A DNA stretch of 64,000 nucleotides from Callorhinchus milii (taxonomy: Eukaryota): NCBI RefSeq assembly GCF_018977255.1, contig NW_024704742.1, forward strand, positions 70,992,001 to 71,056,000, in the 5' to 3' direction. Below, one piece after another: positions 25,336 to 38,159 of this stretch. A model generated the notes under the pieces. The model saw only the letters and a program-made list of their open reading frames with translations, had not been told where the DNA came from and did no database searches. Position 1 is the stretch's first letter, and each line of letters opens with the position of its first letter. Both the position numbers and the translations under genes were made by a program.

Positions 25336-28300
25336 TCTAAAGAAAAAAAATTGCAAGGCTACTGGGAAAGAGCAGGGGAGTGAGACTAGTTGGATAGCTC
25401 TTTCAAAAGGCTGGCATGGCCTCCTTCACTGCTATAGGATTCTGACTTTATGAAAGCTGAACAATGTTCTGGAAACAAACAGGGGGCAGATACTCTGGGC
25501 TAATGACATCCTGCAAATCCTGGGGCAAGGAGCAGGTGTTTCATTTGAGTTTTTGCAAGTGAATTAGGACTGGGGGAAGCAGTGGGGTGTTGTAAAGCGG
25601 TATAAAGGGAGAGAAAGCCTCCACATTTCTTTGAAATAACAATAGCAGAGCAGCCCCTTTATTACCGCCTGAATCACAATTTTTCCATAATTCTGCTCCA
25701 ATGTTGGAGGTGCCATCTTTCAGTTGAGACGTTAAACTGTCTGTGCCTGTTCAGGTGGACTATTCAATAAGAGAAGGACGTTTCTCCTGGTGTCCCGGCC
25801 AACAATCTCCAGCAGATAATATTGCTCATTGATTAAATAGCTTAATGGACTATGTGCAAACTGATTGTTGTGCTTACCTACAAATACACAGTCACTACAT
25901 TTTCCAACAAAATCTGTGAAGGACTTTGAGACATCTCAATGATGGTGTGCAGAGGATGCCCAGGCTGGGCATTTTGCCCAGGTTGCCACATTTTGCTTAC
26001 AAAATACACAATCAATCCACTTTATAATATCCACTTTATAATATATTCTGAAGCGCTCTGAAACAGCTCAATGATGTGATAAGATGATATATCAAATGCA
26101 AGGAATATTATAATGCATTGTGCATAGGAACATTGGAATTGCTAGATGAAAAAGACCAAGGTCCATCTAGTTCGTCTTCTGCCATCCTGGTAGTTGCATG
26201 CTACAATAATGGTAACAAAGTGCAAGGATTATTATTATTATTATTATTCAAGGTGAAGTGTTTGAGATGGTTTGACATTATAAACACTGTGTAAACTTCA
26301 AGGACTGTTGTACAGGAACATCCAGGGTAATTGAAGAACATCAGGGTTCAACTGGTCGATTCCCAAAGAAAACCATAATTTAACAAATAAGTAAATAAAT
26401 AATCCCACACAACTATCATACCCTTCAATGGACATTTTCACCAAATATCTATCTGTTTCACGCTTGAATTTGTTAACACATCAACAACAAATTACCTTTA
26501 CAAATGCCTTTCACATTGGGAAGACATCCCAAGGCACTGGACAGTCAGGGCTTTGGATCTAAGATGGGGTTGGTATCAGGAGGGGTGGAGGGCAGGAAGG
26601 GTAGGGGTAGGAGAGTGACCAAAGGCATGGTCAAACAGGAGGGTCTTGAGATGGGCCTTGAAAGTGGCAAGAGAGGGAGCGAGGTGAAGGGAATGTGGAA
26701 TGGAGTTCCAAAGGGTGGGGGCAGAGAGGCTGAAGGCCAGGTTGCCAATAGTGGGGACATGGCAGGCCGGGCAGGGGATATGGAACAGGCTGAAGCCCAC
26801 TGATACACAATATACAAGTGAACACAATCTCAATGTCAATAACACAATCATTATGCATTGACTCTCAGGATTGTGCGTTTCACAGAATCACCACAATGTG
26901 CCATCATTAAATCGGAACTAAAATTAATCCACTGGGAGATGGGAGCCAGTGGGGCCTGGAGTGGGCAGTGAGTGGAGTGAGGATGCGGGTGGAGGAGCTT
27001 TGGATGAGTTGGAGCTCTTGGACGATGGAGCTGGGGAGACCAGTGAGGAATTGGTTAGAGAGGACTAAGTGGTGGATAACACAGGCTAATGAATGGGTGA
27101 GTCATGATCCATAAAGATGGACATCCCACCACCATCAAATTTTCAACCACAAAGGATGATAAAGGTCATCATTAATCATAGTAATAATTGTCACAATTGT
27201 GCGTCTATTCTGGTTTCAGTTGGGTGCTGTCTTATTATGTTCATCCTCATCATCACTTTTAAAGCCTTCCACGGTCTTGATCTTCCCTACCTCTATGACC
27301 TACTAAAACGTTACCAATCTGTCCACTCCCTCTGCTCGACGGGCACTGATCTGCTCCATTTCCCCTGTTCTGCCTGCTTCACCATCAGTAGTCGTGCCTC
27401 CGACGTTATGTCTCCACCCTCTGGAACTCCATCCCAGAGCCTTTCCGCTTCCCCCCTCCCCCAACGCCTCCTTCAAGGTTAGTCTCAAGAACTTCCTCTG
27501 ACTGTGCCTTCGGCCACATTCCACCCCATCTCCCTACCCACCAACCCTCTTGATTTCAACCATGGGTGAGAACTCCTCACTGTCCAGTACCTTGGGATGT
27601 CCTCCCACCGTGAAAGGTGTTATATAAATGTAATTTGTTGTTGTTCAGATGTTGCTATTCATTTCAGCTGCACCCAATATTGAGTCCAAGCAGCTTTCCA
27701 GGAGTGAGTTGCGCAAAACTGAACAAAGTTACGGTCTGACCAATGATCTGTACAAACTTACCATTAGAGTAACATCGTGTAGCATAGTAGTTAAAGCACT
27801 CATCTCACAAGCGGGGCAAAACCTTAGGCAAGTTTCCTTACTCCACATGTCTCTGTTTGACTAGTAGTAAGTAGGAACCTGGTTGTTAGATTGGGGGATC
27901 ACTTTCTGGGGATAATAATCGCTTCAAAACAAACAAACAAACAAATAAATAGACACACACACACACATAAATAGAAATTTGATCACTCAATCCATTCAAG
28001 TGCCACATTTTGTGCACAAAATATATAGTCAATCCATTTACAATATATTCTGCAAAGCACTTGAGACATTTCAACGATGTGATAAGGTGCTATATCAAAT
28101 GTAATGATTATTATTATTGCTTTGTTTTTGTACTCTGTGCCTCTTGTATAAAACCCAGAATACTGTTAGCTTTGTGTCTGTTCTTGTGCTGCTACTGTTT
28201 CATTTCTGAAAGTATTGTCTGAGTTCAGCTTCTTGGTATTTTACACCTCAGTATCAACAGGAAGAACAACACCAAACCTTAGCAAGAATTTACTTTCATC

Positions 28301-28639
28301 AAACTATTACAGAAATATATTGAAAAGAAAAGAAGCAAAAAATTAAGCTGACTCCGACAATGCAGTGCTCCCCAGTCATGTACTGGAGCTTAAAGTCCTG
28401 ACGTGGGTTCGAACCCACAACCTTCTGACTCAGAGGTGAGAGTGGGACTGATTAACTCAGGCTGCATATTATAATGAGCCGTTACATATTCAATAAAAAT
28501 GTCCTTTAGTTATTCACTCATTGACTATAATAAATGTTTCCTCTTCAGCTTTTCAATAAATGTCAAAATTTTGAACACCTTTGTCCAATTAAATTATAGA
28601 ATCATGGAATCTAACAGCACCGAAGGAGGCCATTCGGCC

Positions 28640-28872
28640 CAACAACTGTTCCCCAACTATCATTAACCATCACCAACTGTCACTAGCTGTCACTGTCATC
28701 AACTGTCCTCCAACTGTCACCAACTGTCACCAATTGTCACCAACTATCACCAACTGTCACCAACTATCACCAACTGTCACTAACTATCACCAACTGTCAT
28801 TAACTATCACCAACTGTCATTAACTATCACCAACTGTAACCAACTATCACCAACTGTCACTAACTATCACCA
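28640..28872. repeat. 10-bp minisatellite (caactRtcac)n, continuing at 29819-29865
   Basis: Directly visible tandem units. Confidence 0.9.
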
Positions 28873-29818
28873 ACAACACAACAACAACAACAAGATTCCA
28901 TTTATAGAGCGCCTTTCACGTCAGGAGGACGTCCCAAGGCGCTGTACAGTTGGGTCAGGACCCGAGCATTGGGGAAATGGTCAGGGTGAGGGGAGGGAAG
29001 GGAGGGAGCGAGGAGGGAAATGGTCAGGGTGAGGGGAGGGAAGGGAGGGAGCGAGGAGGGGGAAATGGTCAGGGTGAGGGGAGGGAAGGGAGGGAGTGAG
29101 GAGGGGGGAAATGGTCAGGGTGAGGGGAGGGAAGGGAGGGAGCGAGGAGGGGGTAGAGAGTCGAGAGGGGAGCTGAAGGCTCGGTCAAAGAGAAAGGTCT
29201 TGAGACCGGCCTTGAAGGAGGAAAGGGAGGAGCCAATGCGAAGGCACTGGGGGATAGAGTTCCAGAGCCTCGGGGCTGAGAGGCTGAAGGCCCGGCCACC
29301 GATGGTAGGGCGGTTGGGGCGGGGGATGTGGAGCAGACCGGAGCCACAGGGACGGGGTACGGGCAGGTAGGTAGGGGGATAGTAGGTCAGAGAGGTAGGA
29401 GGGAGCGAGGCCGTGAATGGCCTTGTAGGTGAGGATGAGGATCTTGAATTCGATCCTCTGGGGGATGGGGAGCCAGTGGAGGGGAGCGAGGGTGGGAGTG
29501 ATATGGTCGCGGTGTCTGGTGCGGGACAGTACATGAGCTGCAGAGTTCTGAATGACCTGCAGTGTGGAGGGAGGTGGCGGGAAGGCCGGCGAGGAGAGAG
29601 TTCCCATAGTCCAGCCTTGAGGTGATAAAGGCGTGGACCAGAGTTTCAGCCGCGTGAGGGGTGAGGTAGTGCCGTAGTCTGGCCATGTTCCGGAGGTGAT
29701 GGAAGGCGGTGCCAGTTGTGGCGCGGATATGAGGGAGAAAGGACAGCTCAGAACCCCGAGGTTCCTGATGGCTTTGAGAGGTGGAGAGTGCAGCCTTGGA
29801 TGCTGATGCTGTCAGCGC
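28873..29818 (-). mobile_element. Young 5'-truncated L2, near-identical to the 3' part of the 40103-42949 element
   Basis: Long stretches match 40103-40915 almost base for base. Inserted into a 10-bp minisatellite. Confidence 0.88.
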
Positions 29819-31189
29819 CAACTGTCATTAACTATCACCAACTGTCACCAATTGTCACCAACTGTTAAGGGGCTCAATGGCCTCCTCCTGTTCCTATGTT
29901 CCCTTAGTATTTGATCTGATTCTTCACTACACTCCCCACACCCCCCAAAGGGCCACTCAAGTGCTGTGCCATAATGGGAGAGCGGGAGGGTGGGTATTCT
30001 GGAAGAATGAGAGCAACTGGGTCGAAGGGGCTTCTTCACCTGATCCTCTCTCTCTCGTAATCTGGTATTTTTTCCTTGTTGTGCTTGTCAGTCGGCGGTG
30101 TAGCAAAGATAATGCACACTCCATTCCAGGGCACAAAATACAGTGTTTCTGCTTTGATGTGACTCTCTCGAGTATCAGCTATCTTTGTTTTCATTCCATT
30201 CATATCTCGCCCCTTCTCTGCAGGTAATAATTACAACGCTTTTGTGTCAGACCTCACGGGGTTTTGCTCTCACCTCTGGGTTAGAAGCCGTTAGGTCAGG
30301 AACTCTGAGCTTGTGATCTATACTGACGATCCAGTGCAATGCGGGGGGGGCGGGGGGCGACGCTGCATTGCCAGAGGTGCTATCCTTCGGATGACACGTT
30401 AAACTGAGTCTGTTTACTCAGGAGGGAAAGTTAAAATACCCACAACATTATTGGAAAATGGGGAGTATTGGCAGATTGCTTTCTGGAGGTAATAATTCCT
30501 TGAAAAAACTAATAATTTGTTCACTCAATCAACGGCTGTTTGTGGGTCTCCGCTGTGCCCAATTGGCTGCTGAATTTTGCCCAATTAACTTTCCAGTATA
30601 TTCTGTGAAGCGCTTTGAGATGTCTTGACAATGTGATAAGGCACTATATCAAATACAAAGATTATTATTATTATAGCCAACAATCCCCCACGATCCGCCA
30701 ATCAACTAACAATCGAGTTTCTAATTACTGCTGAGTACATGGAAGCGTGTGGAGTAAGGAAACTTGCCTAAAGTTTTGCCTCGCTCGGGAATCGAAACTG
30801 TTCCTCTCACTTGCGAAGCGAGTGCGCTAACCAATACGCTACAGGACTCCAATCGAATGGAAATAACTATTGTATTGCATTCCTTCTGGCCAGGCACAGA
30901 CATAACTATTGCTGCGTTACTCCACAGAAACATACTGGAGCAGAAAAGAAGGAGTTTGAGAAACTAGATAGATGACAATTTTTCCCTCTGGTAACATCCA
31001 AGGCAAGGGGACAAAGAAGTCAGATTAAAGGTATTTATTAATAATCTAACAATCCTCATATTTCATACAATGTCACTAACTTTGAAAGGTGATTGTGTAG
31101 TAGTAGGTGAAATGTGGCAGCCAATTTGTGTAGAGCAAGGTATAGGTGCCATTTCAGTACTGTTAAATGCTTTGGATGTCCTCCAGATA

Positions 31190-31700
31190 TGAGTCTTGAG
31201 TGCAGATATCTCAACGGGGACTTTATAGAGGTGTGTAAAATTTTAAATGGGATTAAAAAAGTAAACCCCAAAAATAATATTTTAGGAAGCACCAAGGCAG
31301 TAGAATAAGAGGACACAGGTTTAAAGTTGTAAAGCGACAGTTTCAGGACAGATACCAGGAAATATTTCTTTACCCAGAGGGTAATTAACGACTGGAACTG
31401 GGTTACCAGGAAAGGTGTTGAGGCCAGGACCCGGGGATTCATTTAAAAAGGAGTTTGATGCTGTGATGGGAAGATGCAGGGAGGGTGTTCTGGAAGGATA
31501 TTAATAATAATCGTTGCATTTGATATCGCGGCGCATCACGTCTCAAAGCACTTTGCAGAATATACTATAAAATTAACTGACTGTATATTTTGTGGGCAAA
31601 ACGCAGCAGACTTTTACGCATAGCGATTGATGATAGGACCAGATTGATGGGCCAAAGGGCCTTTTTCATCTGAACCGATCGTGTGATTAAAGCATTCTAG
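31190..31700 (+). mobile_element. CR1 3' fragment interrupted by a SINE tail
   Basis: GDFIEVCKIL motif, ttctttacccagagggta segment and a CR1-type 3' UTR. Confidence 0.65.
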
Positions 31701-32299
31701 GATGTCATCCTACATGAAGGGCGCAGGTACAAGTGCAAGTTTTTGTTGTTTTTTGTGGAAAAGTCTTGAATTTCAATTCAGTTTTTAATTTGGAAACTGG
31801 TCTCTTTATCTAAGAAGAAAGGAAAACTGGCCAGGCATCCAAATTAAAGTCTGGATTAAAGAGGTAACAATTGGGCTATCTGTGGGCTGTGTGAAGAACT
31901 TTGAGACATCCTGCACATCTGAAAGGCAACAACAACAACTTGTGTTTCTAGTGCCCCTCACACAAGGTAGAGTCCCAGAGCCTTTGACACTGGCGAAGCA
32001 CAATGCCGATAAATGATAAAGGCTCCAGATAAATGTAAACTGTGGATGCTGCAAATTGTCGGTGTTTTCTTAAAGACAAAATAACTGCCCTGAAAGGTGA
32101 GGTGATTAAAACAGTGAATGGTATTTCTGCATCACAGGAGTCCAGGATAAGATGATGCATATTATACGCAGGTTAATAGAATCATAGAATGTTGTAGCAC
32201 TGAAGGAAGCCAATCGGCCCAACACTGCCAGTGTCAGCTCTCTGAAAGCGTTCACCATTCAGTCCCACTCCCTTGCCCTTTCCATATAATCTTCAAGAC

Positions 32300-32970
32300 A
32301 TGGAGAGAGAAAATGTGACAAAGAGAGAGATTGAGAGAGAATGGAGAGCTAGAGGGGGAAAGAGAGAAAGAAAGAGAAAAAGAGAGGTGCAATATGTAAG
32401 AGAGACAGAGAGAGCAAGAGAGACAGGGAGAGAGATGAGAGAGAGGGATAAATGGAAAGAGAGAGCTAGGGGAAATAAGAGAGTGAGAGATGCAGGGAGA
32501 TAGAGTGTGGTGGTGGAAGCGGGGTGGGGGTCGGTAAGTGAGAAAGAGGAGAAAGGCAAACAGTAAGAGAGAGGCAGAGAGAAAGAGATAGAGGGGGAAA
32601 GGGAGACAAAGAGAAGAGGGAGAGAGATGGAGCAAAACAGAGGGAGAGAAAGATAGAGAGAGAGAAAGGAGAGACAGACAGAGAAAGGGAGAGAGATTCA
32701 GTAAAGGAGAAAGATGGAGAGAAAGAAACACTGGAAGAAAAGGAAGGAGACACAGATCAAAACAGAAAGGAAAGACTTCCTTCAAGACTAGGCTTGAAGG
32801 AAAAAAGAAAGAATGAAAGAATAAAACTGTGGGAGAGAGAGAAAGGAAGGACGGACAGAACGAAGGAAGCAAGGATGGAAGGAGAAAGCAAAAAAAGAAA
32901 GAACGAAAGAAAGAAAAAAGAAAGAGTGAGAGTTAGGGAGGGAGGTAGCAAGAGAAAGAGAGAAAAAGGG
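32300..32970. repeat. Long polypurine GA-rich low-complexity tract
   Basis: Degenerate (GA)n/(GAAA)n. It accounts for several spurious ORFs. Confidence 0.88.
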
Positions 32971-34999
32971 GTCTGAAAGCAGCTTGCGGCCACAACCTCT
33001 AACACTATCATATCAAGTCCTGTCAAACAGGAGCCTCCCCCGCTGGGCCTACAATAACTTTGCTGCAAAGGATTTTAATTGCTGTCCCTCCTTTGTGCGT
33101 GGGGGGCATCGGAGGGTGAATAATCACAGTAATGGGAGCATTATGAGCTTCACCCATTGCAGACAGTCAGGGTCACGAGGTTGGACAATGCGAATATTCA
33201 GCTACTTAGCTCCCTTTGCAAGTTTCCCGCAAACATGTTTATCCAACAGCAATTAAGAGCTGCCCCATTGCAGCGCTGAATAGGTTTGATGCATGTATCT
33301 GGCCAAGAGGTTGACGTGGCGCTCAGTGGGAACAGCCTTTCTCTTGTGTGTTACGCAGTGGCGGAGGACGGTGGGGGGGTGGTGGTAAGGACGTGGGGAG
33401 AGGAGTGTCCCACAGACACAATGCTTCCCAGGGGTTTGTGTCTTCTCTTTGCCGCCCACCCCACCCCCACCCCCCATCAGCACAGTGGAGTGATGTTAAA
33501 GATCCCATGGCACTGTTGAAAAAAAGAAGGGAGTTTCTCACAGTGCCATGGGTGACAATCCCCCAGGTAAAATACTTCATGGCTGTTCATGGGACATTGC
33601 CTTGTGCAAATTGGCTGCTGTGTTTGCCTACAAAATATACAGCCACTACACTATACAGTATATCCTGTGAAGTGCTTTGAGACATGAAAAGTGCAACTGT
33701 AGGGATTATTATATTAGAATTATTATTAAGCTTCTTTATTAGGAGGGGATTAACTCATCGGTAATCACTTCGAATTAAGGTGTCTAATTTGTAATATTTC
33801 TTGAAATAGATATTTTCATAAGAAATATGCAATGATTGTGTTTATGCGCGTTTAAGCCTTCTTCTGTACTGTAAATTTCTATGGTTGTATGGTTACCATT
33901 CTGGTCAATTCACAGGAACTCGAGTTGATAATAATAATAATAATCCTTGCATTTGATAGGACCATATCACATCAAAATGTCTCAAAGCGCTTCCCAACAT
34001 TTCTGTGAATGTTTTGTACACCCAATTTGTGCACAGCAACGTATCACAAACAACTATGAAGTGAATGACCAATTTTATTTGGAGGATTGTTGGCCTGGAC
34101 AGTGGGAGAAACTCTCTTTTATTTTTGAATAGAGTCATGGGAGTTTTAACATCCCCTCGGCTTAACGTCTTGTCTGAGGGATAACACCTCTGAAAAATAT
34201 CCTCCACTGCACTGAACCAGTCTTCAATCGGCATTTGTGGCAAAGCAATGCATGATTTAATAATCCTCTCCATTTCTTCCAACCTCCCCTTTAATTCTTC
34301 CAGTGACAATCGGTAACTAATGGCCCCTTGTCACCAACCAGCAAGAATAATCATTCAATATCTATGTTCCAGAACCTTTCAGAAGTTTTGAAGATCTCTA
34401 TTAGATCCCCCCTTTTAACCTTCCCCTGTCCCAGTGGAAACATTCCTCAGCCGCGGAAGACACTACAAGCCTGTTATCGGTGTGTTAGATCTCAGGCTGG
34501 TGGTCACCTGGCTGAAAAATTCCAAGACAATGGGATGGAATTTTATGTTTGGAGACTGGGCAGAGACCACAAGCCTGTGTCCAAATCAGGGGCCACCGAT
34601 ATACAAGCATCCTGGGCACTGATAACATGGGTGTTTTAGCAACATAGGGGATGGGAGGCTGCAGGCTGCCCAAAGGATTTGCCTGTAGATAATAATAATG
34701 ATAACATTAATAATCCTTGCATTCGATATATCACCTTATGACATCGTTGAGACTCCTCAAAGAGCTTCACAGAATATATTGTAAAGTGGATTGACTGTGT
34801 AATTGTGACCAAAACGCGGTAGCCAATGTGGATTAAGTGACCATATTTTTTATGAGGGTTTATTACCCCCGGAAAGCGATTTGCCAATTGACTAACAACC
34901 GGGTTCCTAATTATTGCTGGGTAAACATGGGTATGTGGAGTAAGGAAACTTGACTAAGATTTTGCCTCATATTTGTATACATTCATATTAGTTCTGCTG

Positions 35000-35120
35000 T
35001 CAGAAAGAAAGGAAAATGAAAAGAAGGAAGGAAGGAAGGAAAGAAGGAAGGAAGAAAGGAAGGAAGGAAAGATGGAAAGATGGAAAAAGAAAGAAAGGAA
35101 GGAAGGAATGAAGGAACAGC
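35000..35120. repeat. (GGAA)n-type microsatellite
   Basis: Directly visible. Confidence 0.85.
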
Positions 35121-36434
35121 ATAGGGAAAGCTTTATTCTTCATGTATCTGCAGTATCTGACCTGGGAATCTGGATGGGACAGTTTAGAGGGCAATATTCT
35201 CTGTTTCTAAGCTGTTCTGTAGTTGGGATGTCATTCTGATGTGAAAGGCGCTATTTAATTGTAATTTGTTGTTGTTGTTCTGTGAGTTTTGGATAAGACA
35301 GTGAATGTTGGAATAGAGCAGGGATTCTTTCTACTTGACTCATGCTAACCCTGTAAGCCAAAGTGCTAATGGTAGTCCTGGTCTTAGCTGGATAAGCAGT
35401 GGTAAGCTTGGGACATTTTATCTGGTTCAACCCCAGCAGTTATCTGACTGGACATTGTCAGACACCTGGCTGATCAAAAGAAACAGCGAGTGCTAGGTAG
35501 ACAGTGCAGAGGGAACTTTACCCTGTCTCTAGCCTGGGACATCACTACGTGGGATAGCTGAACGGACAGTGTAGAGGGAGCTTTACCCTCTATCTCACCC
35601 TCCCACCTTCACACCCCTCGACCCCCAACCCCCAGCTCAGGTGCAAATCCTTGACTGTCCTGTGCCATTGGGACCCCCTCCCAATGTTTCAGTGCTCCAG
35701 GACTCTGCCATGGGTGAAGCGTGCTATATAAATACAAGTTGTTGTTGTTGAAAGATGCTATATAAATGCAATTTGTTGTTGTAGTGTGTAACCTGGGAGT
35801 GCTGGATGGACAGTTTAGAGGAAGCTTTACCCTGTATCTGTCTAACCCAGGTTATAATTGACCTGACCTGGGAGGGAACAAAGATGATCCATTTATTGAG
35901 CAACAGTATAGAACTCTGCTCACGTGTTTTATATTTGCCTGATTGTATTTGAACGGCTAAAGATTAACCTGAGATGTATTTTGAGGAGACGGGAAGCAAG
36001 GAATGTGAGACAAAGTGTATTCATTCCCCAAGCGAGCAGCATCTGTGGTGTGTGGAGTGTGTGAGGGCCCTATCTGATGAGCTGCGACCCTATCTGATGC
36101 ACTTCAAAGCTAGATAGTCAGCAGCCTAATTGAAGATATCCTTTGAAATCCCTAATAGAAGTGTGCTGATAGGACCTGGCACAGCCCTGAAAATACGGAG
36201 CCACCTGCACTTCCCAATGCCTGAAGGCCTGGGACTGCAGAACCTTGTGACTGAGAGAAAACCGACAGACAAGCAACAAATTAATCTACCTAGAGTATTC
36301 TTAGAGGTCTCAATATCATAGAAGGTGGATGTTGTACCGAACGTCTCACCATCCGTGTCCATTATACAGAAAGACTCACCATCAGTGTACATTATAAAGA
36401 GAGTATCATCATCAGTAACAATTATATATAGAGT

Positions 36435-36810
36435 GGAGTCCCGTAGTGAAGCGGTTAGAGTGCTCGCTTAGCAAACGAGAGGATACGGGTTTGATTCCTG
36501 GGCAGGGCAAAACCAAATTTCCTTATTCCACAGGCATCTGTTTAGTAGCAACCTAGCTGTAAGTAGAAATCCGATTGTTAGTCGATTGGCAGACCGCTTT
36601 CCGGGGGTAATATTTTCTTCCCCCCAAAAATAATAATAATTTAGTCACTCAATACAACTGTTTGTGGGATACTGCTGTGCGCAATTGGCTGCCGCGTTCC
36701 GTCCACAAAATATACAGTTAATTCACTTTACAGCATATTCTGTGAAGCGCTTTGAGACGTCTCAACAACGTGATAAGCTGCTGTATCAAATGCAAGGATT
36801 ATTATTATTG
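36435..36810 (+). mobile_element. Long-subfamily tRNA-headed SINE (representative; others near 8660-9000, 11005-11380, 20320-20680, 27770-28120, 37785-38145, 44340-44670, 61275-61640, 61812-62110)
   Basis: Same head and tail as the short subfamily, plus an extra central segment (ctgtttacc..agcagtaagtaggaacc..gttgttagtcgattggc). Confidence 0.8.
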
Positions 36811-38159
36811 TTAGAGACTCACTATTACTGTTCCTCACATTGAGTTTCACCATTAGTGTCCCTTAGATACTGATGTATCTGTGCCCCTGAGGGTGTGTAA
36901 GCATGAATCTCTATGAAGAACCACAGATGTGTACAACACATTACGGAAGTCATTCAGCCCATTTCTTTGTGTCAGTATTTGCTATTCACCCTAATTGCAA
37001 TTCCCTGTACCCTCTAATATCCTTCCTCTGCAGGTGCCTGTCAAATTCTTTTTCAAATGCTCCAGTGGCTAGAGAGGTTAGGACCCTTCCCATTGAGAGC
37101 CCACAAAATACACAGTCACTACACTTTACAGTATATTCTGTGAAGCACTTTGAGACGTCTCAACGATGTGATAAAGTGCTATGTCAAATGGAAGGATTAT
37201 TATTATCTGTGCTCATGCATCTGAGTGAGCTTGTATCTGTGTGTATGCAACAACAAATTGCATTTGTGTATCTGTGTGTGAGTCCAAGTGTGAACATGTG
37301 TCTGTGTGATGCGTGCGTCCGAGTGTGAGCGATCACTTTTGTGCACCTCGGTGGGTGCCTTAAAGAACACACAGGCACAAAGATTAAAGGTGCTGCCTGC
37401 ATGCTGAGGGAAGATGAAAAGACACAAAGAGGCTGAGGTTTCCGACAGAAGCACCTATGATTGACGAACCGAGGATATGGGATCCTTTCATCTGTCTTCA
37501 AAGATGCGTCATGTGCAGAGAGCGAAAAGGGGGGAAGAAACCTGTTTAGACAGCAATAAGACAGCAAACCTTCAAAGCCATTGTTATCGGCAACCACTCG
37601 TTACACAGTATTTAGATATTTATGTTGAGTAATTTTGTCATTTTTTTTTCCCCGCTTTTCAGCTGGTCCTTTGATCCGCAGTTGCACTGATCAGAGTTGA
37701 GGCAGTAAATGGCTAGAGATTAGCTGCACGAGAGCTATTAGTGAACGTGTACACAGCGTCAACTGTACAGCAATAATCCTGTCATAATAATAATCCTTGC
37801 AATTGATATAGTGCCTTTAACGTCGTTGAGACGTCTCAAAATGCTTCACAAAATATACTGTAAAGTGAATTGACTGTGTATTTTGTGGGCAAAACGCAGC
37901 AGCCAATTGGCACAGCAGTGTCCCACAAACAGTTGAGGATTGAGTGAACAAGTATTTCTTTAAGGGATTATCACCCCCGGAAAGCGATCTGCCAATCGAC
38001 TGACAATCGAGTTCCTACTTACTCCTCGGTAAACAGAGACGTGTGAAGTAAGGAAACTTGCCTAAGATTTCGCACTGCTCGGGAATCGAACCTGGGTCCT
38101 CTGGCTTGCGAGGCGAGTGCTCTAACCAATACACTACAGGACTCCATAATTTAATTTGA

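Noticed and set aside
28640..28872. Regular short repeats suggestive of a CRISPR-like array
   Set aside because: Contiguous 10-bp units without unique spacers, in eukaryotic DNA: a minisatellite.
32252..33068. Long Leu/Ser/Phe-rich and Arg/Glu-rich ORFs
   Set aside because: Artefacts of GA/TC low-complexity sequence; the same applies to 4237-4671 and 1677-2109.
36074..36150. CTGATGA followed later by GAAA, as in a hammerhead ribozyme core
   Set aside because: I could not build the three required stems around the core.
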